DNA of 64,000 nt, taken from the IMG/VR virus record IMGVR_UViG_3300032770_000002, positions 1 through 64,000 of that record; one strand, given 5' to 3'. A program made the position numbers and the translations under genes. The notes under the pieces were generated by a model. That model searched no databases, was not told where the DNA came from, and was given only the letters and a program-made list of their open reading frames with translations. This document shows, in pieces, positions 45,852-54,232 of this stretch; position 1 is the first letter of the stretch; every line of letters begins with the position of its first letter.

Positions 45852-47542
45852 TAAAAATTTCCGATGACCAGTGCCGGGCATGTCTGCTGGTCTGCCTTTT
45901 TTGCGTTGAACCGCAGGTCGTTTATGGCGTCTTCGACGCTGAAAACAATTGGCACGCCGTGGACGTTGAACGACGTGTTTATCAACGGAGTTCCGCACTC
46001 CTCAAGGATGCGTCGAATTGGAGCGGGTTCTGTCGGGTAAATGATTTGCGGCCTTCCTGACCATGAACTTTGGTCAGGATAAACGTGGGCGACGCCCATA
46101 AAATTATCCACAGGACGGACGTAATTGAGCGTCGTGATCATGTAGCGTTCTGAACCGACAACTCTGTTGAGGTTTGATTCAAAGGCCCACTTCGCCCACC
46201 TGGATGAAACGACCGGGGCAAATGGCATGACCGTATTTCGGCCGTTGATGTAATTGATGGTGTCAACATTTTCACTCGTCGGAACGGCTAGCGTGGACGT
46301 GTTGCAGAGTGCTCGCGGGCCAAACTCCATGTTTCCGTGGATGGTGTTGACAAGTTTGTTGGCCTTCAACAATTGCAAGACCTGCTCAATGTAGTCGTCA
46401 AGCGTGTGGGCAACGCGAACGTCAAGCTCGTCGCCATTGAGCATGATTCGCCTGAACGAAAGGTCACGCCTTCCCCACTTGAGCGACGTGAACGGAAATG
46501 AATATCCCTTGGAGGCGTAGACTCCGATCGCCGCTCCTTGGTCACCAGCAAGTGGAACTGCGCAAAACTGGCCGGAGATGGAGCTGAGAATGGAGTGGTT
46601 TAGCTTGACGTTGTAGTGCACGCCGCCTGTCACGATGACGTGCTTGACTCGGCTCCACGTCAAGATGAACCGGTAGGCTTCTTCGATGACCGTTTGAATG
46701 TAGTGGCCAACCACGACTCGAGTTTCCCACTGGTTAACGGTATTTAGGGCCTTGACGATCTTTCTCAGCCTTGCCCTGATTTTTCGTCTGGCCGACTCCA
46801 TGTCGTTAACTTGGATGAAGTCATCGAGTTTCGACTCCTGAGGGCGGAGAAAATTTGCGCTGCAAATCGAGGCCCACTCTTCGGCGTGGTCTTTTGCCAT
46901 CTGACGAAGCCACTCGATTTCCCGGCTACGGAGGACTTCGTTGACGTGACTCTCATAGCCTAGAAATTTATACTCGTCTTGGTTCATCGTCATCCCGACA
47001 AATTCAGTGGCATACTGGTAAAGCAATCCAAGTGACTTGTCGTAACCGTAGATCCGTGAAAGAAGTTGTGGCGTCCAACGCTCGGTGTCCGGCTGAATGA
47101 CGTAGATGGAAAACACCTCTTGGGCTGTGCCAAAACCGTCACTGACGACGATGTGGACGTCCCCCTCCGGCACTTGGCGCATGTGGCGTCGGTAAAATTC
47201 CACGGCCGCCCAAGCGTGTGAGTCGTGGTGTGTAAATCTGTGGTCTACGGACACGATCTTGCACTTTGGCAGGAACGTGCGAAGCACGTCAGGCTGCCAA
47301 TACTTCTGGAGCCTTGCGTGACGGGCTTTTTCAAGATTTTCACAGTCAAACCAGTGTGAGACGTAAACCGTCACGTCCTTCTTGAGCTTGGTGTGCTTGA
47401 TGACCTCATTGATGGCGTTGATTGGGAAGCGTGAGTCACTTTTCTTGCGAGTAAGCCGCTCTTCTTCGTATCCAATAACGTCAACGCCGTCGGTCCAGAT
47501 GGCCGAGGCATTGTGTCCGAGTGTGAGAAGTAGGTTGTTCAC
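45851..47542 (-). CDS. Carbamoyltransferase, NodU/CmcH/TobZ family
   Basis: GHNASA, YEEERLTRKK, HHDSHA, SDGFG, SLGLLY, EYKFLG, GGVHYNVKLN, GDQGAAIG, EFGPRAL, PFAP, INTSFNVHG.PIV. Confidence 0.93.
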   Translation of the reverse strand: MNNLLLTLGHNASAIWTDGVDVIGYEEERLTRKKSDSRFPINAINEVIKHTKLKKDVTVYVSHWFDCENLEKARHARLQKYWQPDVLRTFLPKCKIVSVDHRFTHHDSHAWAAVEFYRRHMRQVPEGDVHIVVSDGFGTAQEVFSIYVIQPDTERWTPQLLSRIYGYDKSLGLLYQYATEFVGMTMNQDEYKFLGYESHVNEVLRSREIEWLRQMAKDHAEEWASICSANFLRPQESKLDDFIQVNDMESARRKIRARLRKIVKALNTVNQWETRVVVGHYIQTVIEEAYRFILTWSRVKHVIVTGGVHYNVKLNHSILSSISGQFCAVPLAGDQGAAIGVYASKGYSFPFTSLKWGRRDLSFRRIMLNGDELDVRVAHTLDDYIEQVLQLLKANKLVNTIHGNMEFGPRALCNTSTLAVPTSENVDTINYINGRNTVMPFAPVVSSRWAKWAFESNLNRVVGSERYMITTLNYVRPVDNFMGVAHVYPDQSSWSGRPQIIYPTEPAPIRRILEECGTPLINTSFNVHGVPIVFSVEDAINDLRFNAKKADQQTCPALVIGNF

Positions 47543-48510
47543 TTTCGCTTGTCTATCGCGTTAAATAGCAGGTTCATGACGCACTGGTAGTGGACATATT
47601 TTGAATTGCCACGAGACGTGGTGCAGAACAGCGACCTCATGGCAGGTGAAATTGGAGCTGTCAAGTTTCCTTCAATCGTCAGCAGGTCATGAAGCAACAT
47701 CGAGGCTTCGCCGGGCTCTAGCGGAGGAAATGTCAGAGCCATGCCAGCGGGTTCACCGACTATAAGCGTGTCATCTCGAACGTGGAATGAACCGACATTG
47801 TGGTGGTAATAACCCATCTTAATGCCACTTCGGCCTTTTCCCCAAAGTTCGGCACGGACATAGTCCATCAAAAACGTAAAGAAGGCCACGTCATATCGAA
47901 ATCCATTCCACAGTTCATTGGACCGCATTGTCGCAATGGCGTGAAGCGCACCGTCACGCACTAAAAATTGCAAACTGGTCGTGCAAATGTGGTCTTTTGT
48001 GTCACTGAGATTGACCCTGGGACGGTTAAACAGGACGACGGCTTGCCTTGACATCGGGTCCTTTGCCAACCGCTTGATGGCCAACTCAAGCTGTCCTTCC
48101 TCGAAGACATACTGGCCGTAATTCGAGTTGATGTCGACACGCGTGTCTTCTGGAATGCTGCCGTCACGATGTTTGGCTGCGACGTTGTCCGTGATGCGTT
48201 TCCACATGTCTGGCCGATACTTGTCGATGCCATGAAGACGCTGATCGGCTTTGGCATACCACGCCAATTGGGCACCGACGTAGTCAATGTCGTCTTCAGG
48301 CCTTGAGGTTTGGGTGAAAAAGACCGCCCCTGGGACTTCGACGCTAAAGTGAAAATTCAGCAACTCGAGCCAACGAACGCCCTGGTGGTCTTCGACAACT
48401 GGAGCCTTGCAGAGTTGGTCGATACAGCTTGAAAATTTCAGCCCAAGTTTTTCATCCTTTTGCAATGTAGGCGTCGATGATGCTGTTGATGGTATTGACA
48501 TCGGTTTCAT
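47539..48510 (-). CDS. Thymidylate-synthase homolog, dCMP hydroxymethylase (T4 gp42)-like
   Basis: INSNYG, DPMSRQ, DHICT (catalytic Cys), MRSNELWNGFRYD (Asp at the cytosine-specificity position), NVGSFH. Confidence 0.85.
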   Translation of the reverse strand: MKPMSIPSTASSTPTLQKDEKLGLKFSSCIDQLCKAPVVEDHQGVRWLELLNFHFSVEVPGAVFFTQTSRPEDDIDYVGAQLAWYAKADQRLHGIDKYRPDMWKRITDNVAAKHRDGSIPEDTRVDINSNYGQYVFEEGQLELAIKRLAKDPMSRQAVVLFNRPRVNLSDTKDHICTTSLQFLVRDGALHAIATMRSNELWNGFRYDVAFFTFLMDYVRAELWGKGRSGIKMGYYHHNVGSFHVRDDTLIVGEPAGMALTFPPLEPGEASMLLHDLLTIEGNLTAPISPAMRSLFCTTSRGNSKYVHYQCVMNLLFNAIDKRK

Positions 48511-49063
48511 TGTCAGCGCTGACTTCGGTTATTTGGGACGACTGGTAGAAGCCGTGGATAAGCGTCCGGATAAACAAGAACTCGACATCCTGGAGAAGCC
48601 CCAGTTCGTTTGGGCGCATCGCATCAGACTCCTTTTTAGGCAACGGCCGAAACAGGAAGATGTGGTCGTAGGTTCTTGCGGTGGTCAGCGTTCGAAAGTA
48701 AAGCCACTTGAAGAAGCTCGTGTATTTTTCGAGCTGCAAGCTTGTCAACATTGACTTGTCAACGTAAAAAACGTAGTAGAAAAATGAATCGGCAAGTGAC
48801 CGGTCGGTCAGGATGATGGAATTCGGGTGTTTCTTGAGGGCGGCCTGTTCAGCGTTGAACTTCTCGCTGATGATTTCAATTTGCAGTTCAATGTATCGGA
48901 CTGGGTCCCGTCGAAGGGCGTCAATGTTGTCAATGCTAGCCCGGTCACGAATGCAGTCGCCAAGAACGACGACCCCGTTATAGTTTGTCCTTTCGGCAAT
49001 CTTTCGAATCATCGTGGACTTGCCCGAATGACACGCACCAGAAAAAGCGATCAACTTGCTCAT
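48452..49063 (-). CDS. P-loop (d)NMP kinase-like protein
   Basis: IAFSGACHSGKSTMI, ILTDRS, YDHIF; first gene of the modification operon. Confidence 0.75.
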   Translation of the reverse strand: MSKLIAFSGACHSGKSTMIRKIAERTNYNGVVVLGDCIRDRASIDNIDALRRDPVRYIELQIEIISEKFNAEQAALKKHPNSIILTDRSLADSFFYYVFYVDKSMLTSLQLEKYTSFFKWLYFRTLTTARTYDHIFLFRPLPKKESDAMRPNELGLLQDVEFLFIRTLIHGFYQSSQITEVSADNETDVNTINSIIDAYIAKG

Positions 49064-49093
49064 CGTTGGGTAGAACTGTTCTTTGTGGTTGGC

Positions 49094-49867
49094 ATGGCAA
49101 TCAAGACCAAACTTACAATTGACGTTCCCTCACGTGAACGGTTGAAACAGACCATTACGCTTTTGTCCCAAGGAGCGGCCAACCCAAAGGCATTCCCTGA
49201 CGGCCAGATTACAGTTTACCCATGGGATGTCCAGGTTGACGACTGGCTTGTCAAGTCAGGCCGCAACACGGACAGCAGCGTCTTTGACGTGATCCCTAAA
49301 CTCGCTGAACTTAACGGCTGTGACCTGGACGACCTCTTTGTTGGCGACGCAAGCACCATCCTTCTGGTCTCGCGATCGCTTCGTCACGGCAACAAAATTG
49401 ACTTTTCGCCCGTCTGCACGAACTGCCGCAAGACGAACAACGTGGTGACGCTAGACGTTCCAAGGCAGCTTCGCAAACTGGCTGAGAAACCCAAGGGGTG
49501 GGGCGGGACTGACACCATCGTCCTGCCCAGCATTAAGGACGAGATTGAGATTCGTCCACTGCGGCTTAAGGATGAAAAGGCCATTGAAAACATGACCCCT
49601 GAGGCCGCAGCGATGGTCCCGCCGGTGACGGCTCGCATGTGCCGCGCCATCGTGTCAGTCGGCGGTGGAAAGCCAGACAGTGTTGCGGAGATCGTGTCCT
49701 ATCTTAGGCGCCTTGACCCAGTTGACCAAGACTACTTGAGTGAACAGATTGACGCGCTTCACCCGCGCCTCGACAGCGATGTCACCTTCGTCTGTGACTA
49801 CTGCGGAAAGCAGTTCGTCTACACGATTAGCTTTGACCGCAACTTTTTTCGTAGCCGCGTCGCTTAA
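49094..49867 (+). CDS. gp26-like baseplate hub assembly / tail assembly chaperone
   Basis: DLFVGDASTILLVSR, CTNC and CDYC pairs, EIEIRPLR, C-terminal RNFF. The true start at 49094 is divergent from the kinase gene. Confidence 0.72.
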   Translation: MAIKTKLTIDVPSRERLKQTITLLSQGAANPKAFPDGQITVYPWDVQVDDWLVKSGRNTDSSVFDVIPKLAELNGCDLDDLFVGDASTILLVSRSLRHGNKIDFSPVCTNCRKTNNVVTLDVPRQLRKLAEKPKGWGGTDTIVLPSIKDEIEIRPLRLKDEKAIENMTPEAAAMVPPVTARMCRAIVSVGGGKPDSVAEIVSYLRRLDPVDQDYLSEQIDALHPRLDSDVTFVCDYCGKQFVYTISFDRNFFRSRVA

Positions 49868-50027
49868 AGCACTCAAGGTCCACTGGTCGACCTTGGCGAC
49901 GACGGCATTTTTTGTGCGAGGGGCGGTAATCGACCTAACCCGAGTCCCAGATTACGCCATTGACTGGGTCATTGAGACGTTTTCGGAACTTCAAGAAAAG
50001 ACGAAAAACGTCCCAAGAATGTGGTAA
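49842..50027 (+). CDS. Probable frameshift extension (gp51/gpGT-like) of the gp26-like protein
   Basis: The +1 frame is open across TTTTTTC at 49844-49850, giving ...VHWSTLATTAFFVRGAVIDLTRVPDYAIDWVIETFSELQEK; no good start nearby. Confidence 0.6.
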   Translation, partial: TFFVAASLKALKVHWSTLATTAFFVRGAVIDLTRVPDYAIDWVIETFSELQEKTKNVPRMW

Positions 50028-50032
50028 AATAA

Positions 50033-51031
50033 TTGTTTACAGTGAATAAGTGGCTTGAGGTCATCAATGTTGAGTGTCCGGATCACGGGCCGTATCAGGT
50101 TCAACGACAAGCTTTTGACGGGAAATTAAAAGGTTGTCCTGATTGTATTAAAATTTATCGAGTTTCAAAGGTGAATCAAATTCGAAAATTAGTCAAAAAT
50201 CGCCCTGGCCCAAAGAAGTGGTATAAAACTGAAACTGGACGTTTATTCCTTCTCCGACAGGCCGCTGAAAATAGTCGAAGAGCTGAATTGAGAAGACGTA
50301 GAAGGTTTACTCCTCAAGTCAAAAACTTAGTTAGAAAATTTTGTCATGTTGATAAAAGGTGGCTTCAAAGCAACGGATATTCGATTGATGCCGCACTTCG
50401 ATTTTATGCTGATGTCTACGTTGATTTTGATGTCGATTTTGACGTTCTCGACTCAGTTATTACACGAGATGAACGTTTGTCCGGCCATGAGCACGATCGT
50501 CCAACAATCAGGGCATCTACCATCGCCAGGTGTATTCGATGGACTGGCACGGTTGGTCAGGGTAAAATTCAACAGCCAATATTTTTCAAGTCATTCTTGA
50601 AAACTGGAAGTGGCAACTATCCCATTATAGTTGCACGTCGTGCGGCATTTGAATTTTTTCACGGCTTAAGTCTACCAGATGACGTGTATGTTTTACCTAA
50701 CTGTAAACATTGTCTGGATGTCTTATGCATTAATCCATTACACCATTTTTTAGGTGTGGAGAGAAATCGTCAGGACTACGTCAGAAGTATTTCAAATGTT
50801 GGTCGTCCAAAGACTAATGTGAAATCAACCCAATCCTCAGTGCCGCTTTCAATAAGGCCATTGAAGCTATATCCACTTCCAACCGGCTGGACAAGACGAT
50901 ATTTTGGTAAAATCACACGAACTGGCAAAGATGGAGAAACATGGCGCAAAAATTTTTTGAATGTGGCGAAACACGGTGGAAAAACTTTAGTGGAACTAGT
51001 AGTTGATGCCCGTGTTAATGGAGAATCGTGA
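50033..51031 (+). CDS. Degenerate HNH (Zn-binding-loop type) homing endonuclease-like protein
   Basis: CPDHG...GCPDC N-terminus; CIRWTG...VARRAAFEFFHG...C...CINPLH; AT-rich. Confidence 0.6.
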   Translation: MFTVNKWLEVINVECPDHGPYQVQRQAFDGKLKGCPDCIKIYRVSKVNQIRKLVKNRPGPKKWYKTETGRLFLLRQAAENSRRAELRRRRRFTPQVKNLVRKFCHVDKRWLQSNGYSIDAALRFYADVYVDFDVDFDVLDSVITRDERLSGHEHDRPTIRASTIARCIRWTGTVGQGKIQQPIFFKSFLKTGSGNYPIIVARRAAFEFFHGLSLPDDVYVLPNCKHCLDVLCINPLHHFLGVERNRQDYVRSISNVGRPKTNVKSTQSSVPLSIRPLKLYPLPTGWTRRYFGKITRTGKDGETWRKNFLNVAKHGGKTLVELVVDARVNGES

Positions 51032-51206
51032 CACCGTCAAATGCCCGAAGTGCGGCCACGAGTTCCGGTGTGACGTTGGCTGGCAGAAAGCTAGTGTTGC
51101 AGTTGGGTGTCCGAAGTGTTCGGAGATGATTCACCTGAATCTGCGCGGCTCTGGCACCAGCCCTGATGCTCGGCCAATCGTCGGGCCCAGGCCAGAAAAG
51201 CCGTGA
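51018..51206 (+). CDS. Small Zn-ribbon protein
   Basis: VKCPKCGHEF...VGCPKCSEMI. Confidence 0.55.
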   Translation: MENRDTVKCPKCGHEFRCDVGWQKASVAVGCPKCSEMIHLNLRGSGTSPDARPIVGPRPEKP

Positions 51207-51804
51207 CTGTGAAGGCGTTTTTTGCGATGTTACACTGCTTGCAACACGGGACCACATTGTCATCAATGTAACCTCGCTTGGAGTCAACTCGGTCAATCCC
51301 CATGTAACAGAATCTTGTCGGGTTAAATCTTCCAAGGCCATTTCTATATTCGACTGGGTAAGGTCTGCATCCACAATAGTGACAGTCGCTTTGCATAAGT
51401 CTTTTGGCCAATTCCTTGTCGAGGTTAAATTCAACATTCATTCTGAGAGATCGTTGATATATCGAGTTGAAGACTCGCGTGAATCCGGCTTCAAATGAGT
51501 TAATGCGAGTGACCCTGGTGGCCGCGGCAGTTCTGATCTTTTGGGCGCATTGAGCGCACTGTTTCATGCTATGGTTTTTCCTGCCGAATAAAGACGATGG
51601 TGGAACTAATTTGACGTTTCCGCAGGTGCATTGAAGTTTGAAGCACCACAGCAGTTTTCCACCGTAACGTGAATTTTGGGCCCACTCGTAACCGATGACT
51701 TTGAAACGACCGATTTCAGACCCGATTGGGTGTTCTTGAATGTATTGAGCACGTTTTTCTTTTCGAAGATTTTTACGGTGTTCCTCCGTCATTATGTATT
51801 TCAT
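51091..51804 (-). CDS. HNH endonuclease
   Basis: CTCG; CHYCG...GIDRVDSKRGYIDDNVVPCCKQCNIAK. Confidence 0.88.
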   Translation of the reverse strand: MKYIMTEEHRKNLRKEKRAQYIQEHPIGSEIGRFKVIGYEWAQNSRYGGKLLWCFKLQCTCGNVKLVPPSSLFGRKNHSMKQCAQCAQKIRTAAATRVTRINSFEAGFTRVFNSIYQRSLRMNVEFNLDKELAKRLMQSDCHYCGCRPYPVEYRNGLGRFNPTRFCYMGIDRVDSKRGYIDDNVVPCCKQCNIAKNAFTVTAFLAWARRLAEHQGWCQSRADSGESSPNTSDTQLQH

Positions 51805-51832
51805 AGGTTATTGATCTAACTCAAATACAGGC

Positions 51833-52696
51833 ATGACTGACCTCATAATTGACGGGAATGGATTTTTCGCTCACGCGTATTATTCGGCGGTTAAGCACGG
51901 GCGTGATCCTGTGAAAGTGGCCATGAAGTCAATCGTCAAGATGATTCGAAATGACGAATCTTACTTTTCACGGCACATTGATAGGCTTCTTTTTTGTTGG
52001 GACGGGGCTCCTAAGACGGCTAAACATCGGCCAACTCCAAAGCCTGAAGATTATCATCCGAAATTGGCTGACTTTTCTACGAGGTTGACGCCATTGACTG
52101 GAAGTGCTCAAGTCATGCTTGATGACCATGAAGCGGACGACGTTGTCGCTTCTGCGTCAGAGCAGACTAAAGCTGATCATGTGGTGGTCGTTAGTTCGGA
52201 CAAGGACCTCTCGCAGCTCCAATGTGACCGAGTCTCGTTTTATGACGTTCACTCGAAGATGCTCTTGACGCGGCGGGTCATCTGTGAGCGATGGCATGTT
52301 CACCACCCAATCCAAGTCGCCATTGCACTGGCCATCATTGGGGATATCGGGGACGGCATCAAGGGCGTGCACAAGTGGGGTGAGGGAAAGGTCAAAAAGC
52401 TATTTTCAACCATCCCACGTGAGACGCCGTTCGACCAGGTCATCGAGATCATCGTCAGTCAGATGAACGATGAACAGCAGGCTCAGTTTCTCGAGTGTTT
52501 GAGCGTGACGCTGTTGGACACGACAATAGAAGGCGTTCCTGAACCTGCGCCAGTAGCGCTGGATGACACTGAGGCGCGCAAGATTGAGCGAGAGATGGCT
52601 ATGCCATGGGCTGCCAGCGACAAGACGTCGCAGAACATCAACGAGTTTGACCGCTGGATGCGCGGTGAGAAAGTTACAGGCTCATCAACGGGATAG
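51833..52696 (+). CDS. 5'-3' exonuclease / RNase H (FEN family)
   Basis: LIIDGN, EADDVVAS, SSDKDLSQL, AIIGDIGDGIKGV..WGEG. Confidence 0.92.
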   Translation: MTDLIIDGNGFFAHAYYSAVKHGRDPVKVAMKSIVKMIRNDESYFSRHIDRLLFCWDGAPKTAKHRPTPKPEDYHPKLADFSTRLTPLTGSAQVMLDDHEADDVVASASEQTKADHVVVVSSDKDLSQLQCDRVSFYDVHSKMLLTRRVICERWHVHHPIQVAIALAIIGDIGDGIKGVHKWGEGKVKKLFSTIPRETPFDQVIEIIVSQMNDEQQAQFLECLSVTLLDTTIEGVPEPAPVALDDTEARKIEREMAMPWAASDKTSQNINEFDRWMRGEKVTGSSTG

Positions 52697-53075
52697 CCCC
52701 GCCGCTTGAACGAGTGTAATTCCTGGTCAGTGTAAAGTCAAGGACCGAGCTCCCTGAGGCGCTGGCATTGAGCCGGAGCTGCGTGAAGGTCCCGGTGACA
52801 ACGATGCTCTTAATTTGACCGGCCACGAGGGTTGAGTTCAACGGACTGTCGTCCGAGATGTTTGCAAGGTCAGACCACGTCCCGTCCCCTTCGAGCTGTT
52901 GAAAGTGATAGTTGATCGTGTTGGCCCCAGTGTTCTCGAGCGTGAAGATGTTGTCATTCAACCCGCCTTGAATGATGGTGAACATGGTGCCGTCAGTCTC
53001 TCCAACGGCGTTGGTGTCTTGGACGAAAGTTTTCAAGATGCAATAAGTATTGAAGGTTAGAAACGAAGGCGCCAC
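52674..53075 (-). CDS. Hypothetical beta-rich virion protein
   Basis: Last gene of the spike operon; start uncertain. Confidence 0.55.
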   Translation of the reverse strand: MAPSFLTFNTYCILKTFVQDTNAVGETDGTMFTIIQGGLNDNIFTLENTGANTINYHFQQLEGDGTWSDLANISDDSPLNSTLVAGQIKSIVVTGTFTQLRLNASASGSSVLDFTLTRNYTRSSGGAIPLMSL

Positions 53076-53620
53076 AGAAAGTTTCTGGCTGATGTCCCCT
53101 TGTTGATTGGGGCGTCCAAGATGGCTCGATTCAACAGCGTGCCATTGCCAGAAAACAAGCCAGCTTCCGTGATAAGGACGCCCTGGGCCTCGGTGTCGGC
53201 GATGGTGATTGAAACTCTGGCGATGAACGGCTCAGGATAGTCAATCGAGTTGACCGGCTTTAGTTCGCTGTCTGGCACGCTGTCCGCATCGCTGTCATAA
53301 AATGTCAATGGCGCTTCAAGGGCCAAGTCACCCACGGTCTCTGGTGTGGTCCCAGTTCCAATGCCAAACTGTGAGGCGATGTAGTCTGTGACTGGGCTGC
53401 GGCCGCCCCAGCAGTAGATCATGAGCTGACGACCAGCGTCAGTGTGAACGTTCGTTCCAATGGGCAACTCATCCGGCCCAATGGTCGGCCAGTCTTCAGT
53501 CGCCAGGTCAGGCACGTCAAGCAACCCGGCCTTTCGAGCCTCTCGCGCTGACATCACTTGCCCATCTTCAAGGATAATGCTGGCGATCGAGAGGAAGCCA
53601 GATAGTCTCATAGAGCTCAT
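53057..53620 (-). CDS. Baseplate/tail-fibre attachment-type protein
   Basis: FGIGTGTTP...DLALE...EAQGVLITEAGLF...LLNR. Confidence 0.65.
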   Translation of the reverse strand: MSSMRLSGFLSIASIILEDGQVMSAREARKAGLLDVPDLATEDWPTIGPDELPIGTNVHTDAGRQLMIYCWGGRSPVTDYIASQFGIGTGTTPETVGDLALEAPLTFYDSDADSVPDSELKPVNSIDYPEPFIARVSITIADTEAQGVLITEAGLFSGNGTLLNRAILDAPINKGTSARNFLWRLRF

Positions 53621-53635
53621 TCGGCTTAACTATGC

Positions 53636-54232
53636 TCAGATGTTCGGTAAGACGATCGGGCTCTTAACCGGCTGGGGCACCACGTCTGATTCAACGGAGA
53701 CTTCACCCCCGCTGACAATGACTGGGGTTGAGATCGACACTGACGGAACTGGAATTGGGACGTGGATCACCACAGGCGGCGGAATTGGAAACGGAATGGA
53801 AATCGGGAACTCAACGGCAAAATTCGGCAAGGCCAACTGGTAGGTTGGAGTTTGAACTTGAACTGGAGTCTGTTGGGCAACGAGCAAGACGTTGAGAACA
53901 ACGACGTCGCCAACGCGAAACACGATTGAAAACGTGGCCTGCGGGATGGCCTGAATGAGCTTGGTCGCGTCATCAACGATGTTTTGGATGATCTTGGTCC
54001 CGTTGGTCAGGAGAGACTGGATGGCCTCAGGTATTTTCAAGACCGACAGGGCCGCAAGGACGTAGTCAGCCACCAGTGACTTGACGTCCACGCCAATAAT
54101 CGGGAGCGGAACTTGAATGATGACTGCGAAGTTAAAGTTTGGCGAGTTCGAAACGGCCGCACTTGGCTGGCTTGGCGTGACGGTGATGAACCCGCTTCCA
54201 GTTGATGTTGTTGTTGTCGGTGAGATGGCCAT
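53636..54232 (-). CDS. Hypothetical structural protein
   Basis: Coupled to the spike gene; Pro/Val-rich. Confidence 0.55.
   Translation of the reverse strand: MAISPTTTTSTGSGFITVTPSQPSAAVSNSPNFNFAVIIQVPLPIIGVDVKSLVADYVLAALSVLKIPEAIQSLLTNGTKIIQNIVDDATKLIQAIPQATFSIVFRVGDVVVLNVLLVAQQTPVQVQTPTYQLALPNFAVEFPISIPFPIPPPVVIHVPIPVPSVSISTPVIVSGGEVSVESDVVPQPVKSPIVLPNI

Noticed and set aside
50035-50040. Extra GTTTAC at the start of the degenerate HNH gene as an early promoter
   Set aside because: No TAnnnT box at 17-18 nt spacing.
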